64,000 nt of DNA from Octopus bimaculoides (Eukaryota). This document shows positions 63,746-64,000 of this stretch, piece after piece (position 1 is the stretch's first letter; every line of letters begins with the position of its first letter). The notes beneath the pieces are model-generated. The model had not been told where the DNA came from, did not search any database, and worked only from the letters and a program-made list of their open reading frames with translations. Both the position numbers and the translations under genes were made by a program. The stretch covers positions 28,888,890 through 28,952,889 of the forward strand of contig NC_068981.1 in NCBI RefSeq assembly GCF_001194135.2. Direction: 5' to 3'.

Positions 63746-63903
63746 CTGCATGTGGTAAGAAGCTTGCTTCCTAATCACATGGTTCCGAGTTCAGTTCCAT
63801 TACGTGAAACTTTGGGCAAGTGTCTTCTACTACTGTGTCTCGGACCGACCAATGCCCTGTGGGTGGATTTGGTATACAGAAGCTGAAAGTAGCTTGTCGT
63901 ATA
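63746..63903 (+). mobile_element. SINE family A head/body running into its internal microsatellite
   Basis: gtggtaagaagcttgcttcctaatcacatggttccgagttcagttcc...ttgggcaagtgtcttctact...ggatttggta. Confidence 0.8.
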
Positions 63904-64000
63904 TATACATATATATATTTGTGTGTCTGTATATATGTGTGTATGTATATATGTGTGTATGTAAATATGTGTATACATATATGTGTATATATATATGTGT

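Overview
AT-rich eukaryotic DNA from a short-read scaffold: 12 N-gaps, mostly flanked by (TA)n, and one Illumina adapter remnant. The microsatellite load and SINE families look like octopus (Octopus bimaculoides-like); this is inferred from recalled repeat consensus sequences, not from a database search. No protein-coding gene can be confidently supported, and almost all ORFs in the track are translated microsatellites or transposon debris. The window is intergenic or deep-intronic. It contains at least four tRNA-derived SINE families (several with clear target-site duplications), decayed non-LTR retrotransposons (Tx1/L1, two R4/Dong-like RLE elements, CR1, RTE), an internally deleted mariner, two Tc1/mariner-type MITEs and local tandem duplications. 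The most notable signal is a structurally intact type I hammerhead ribozyme at the tip of a ~39-bp RNA rod (43540-43665, +). Four further degenerate hammerhead cores with palindromic or short helix III are scattered across the window with no intact Penelope ORF nearby, suggesting non-autonomous ribozyme-bearing retroelements (retrozyme/Penelope-LTR-like). Other items worth checking are a perfect 82-bp inverted repeat, a Tx1 copy embedded in (GATA)n, SINE tail swapping, a decayed EGF-like motif and a few low-confidence candidate exons.
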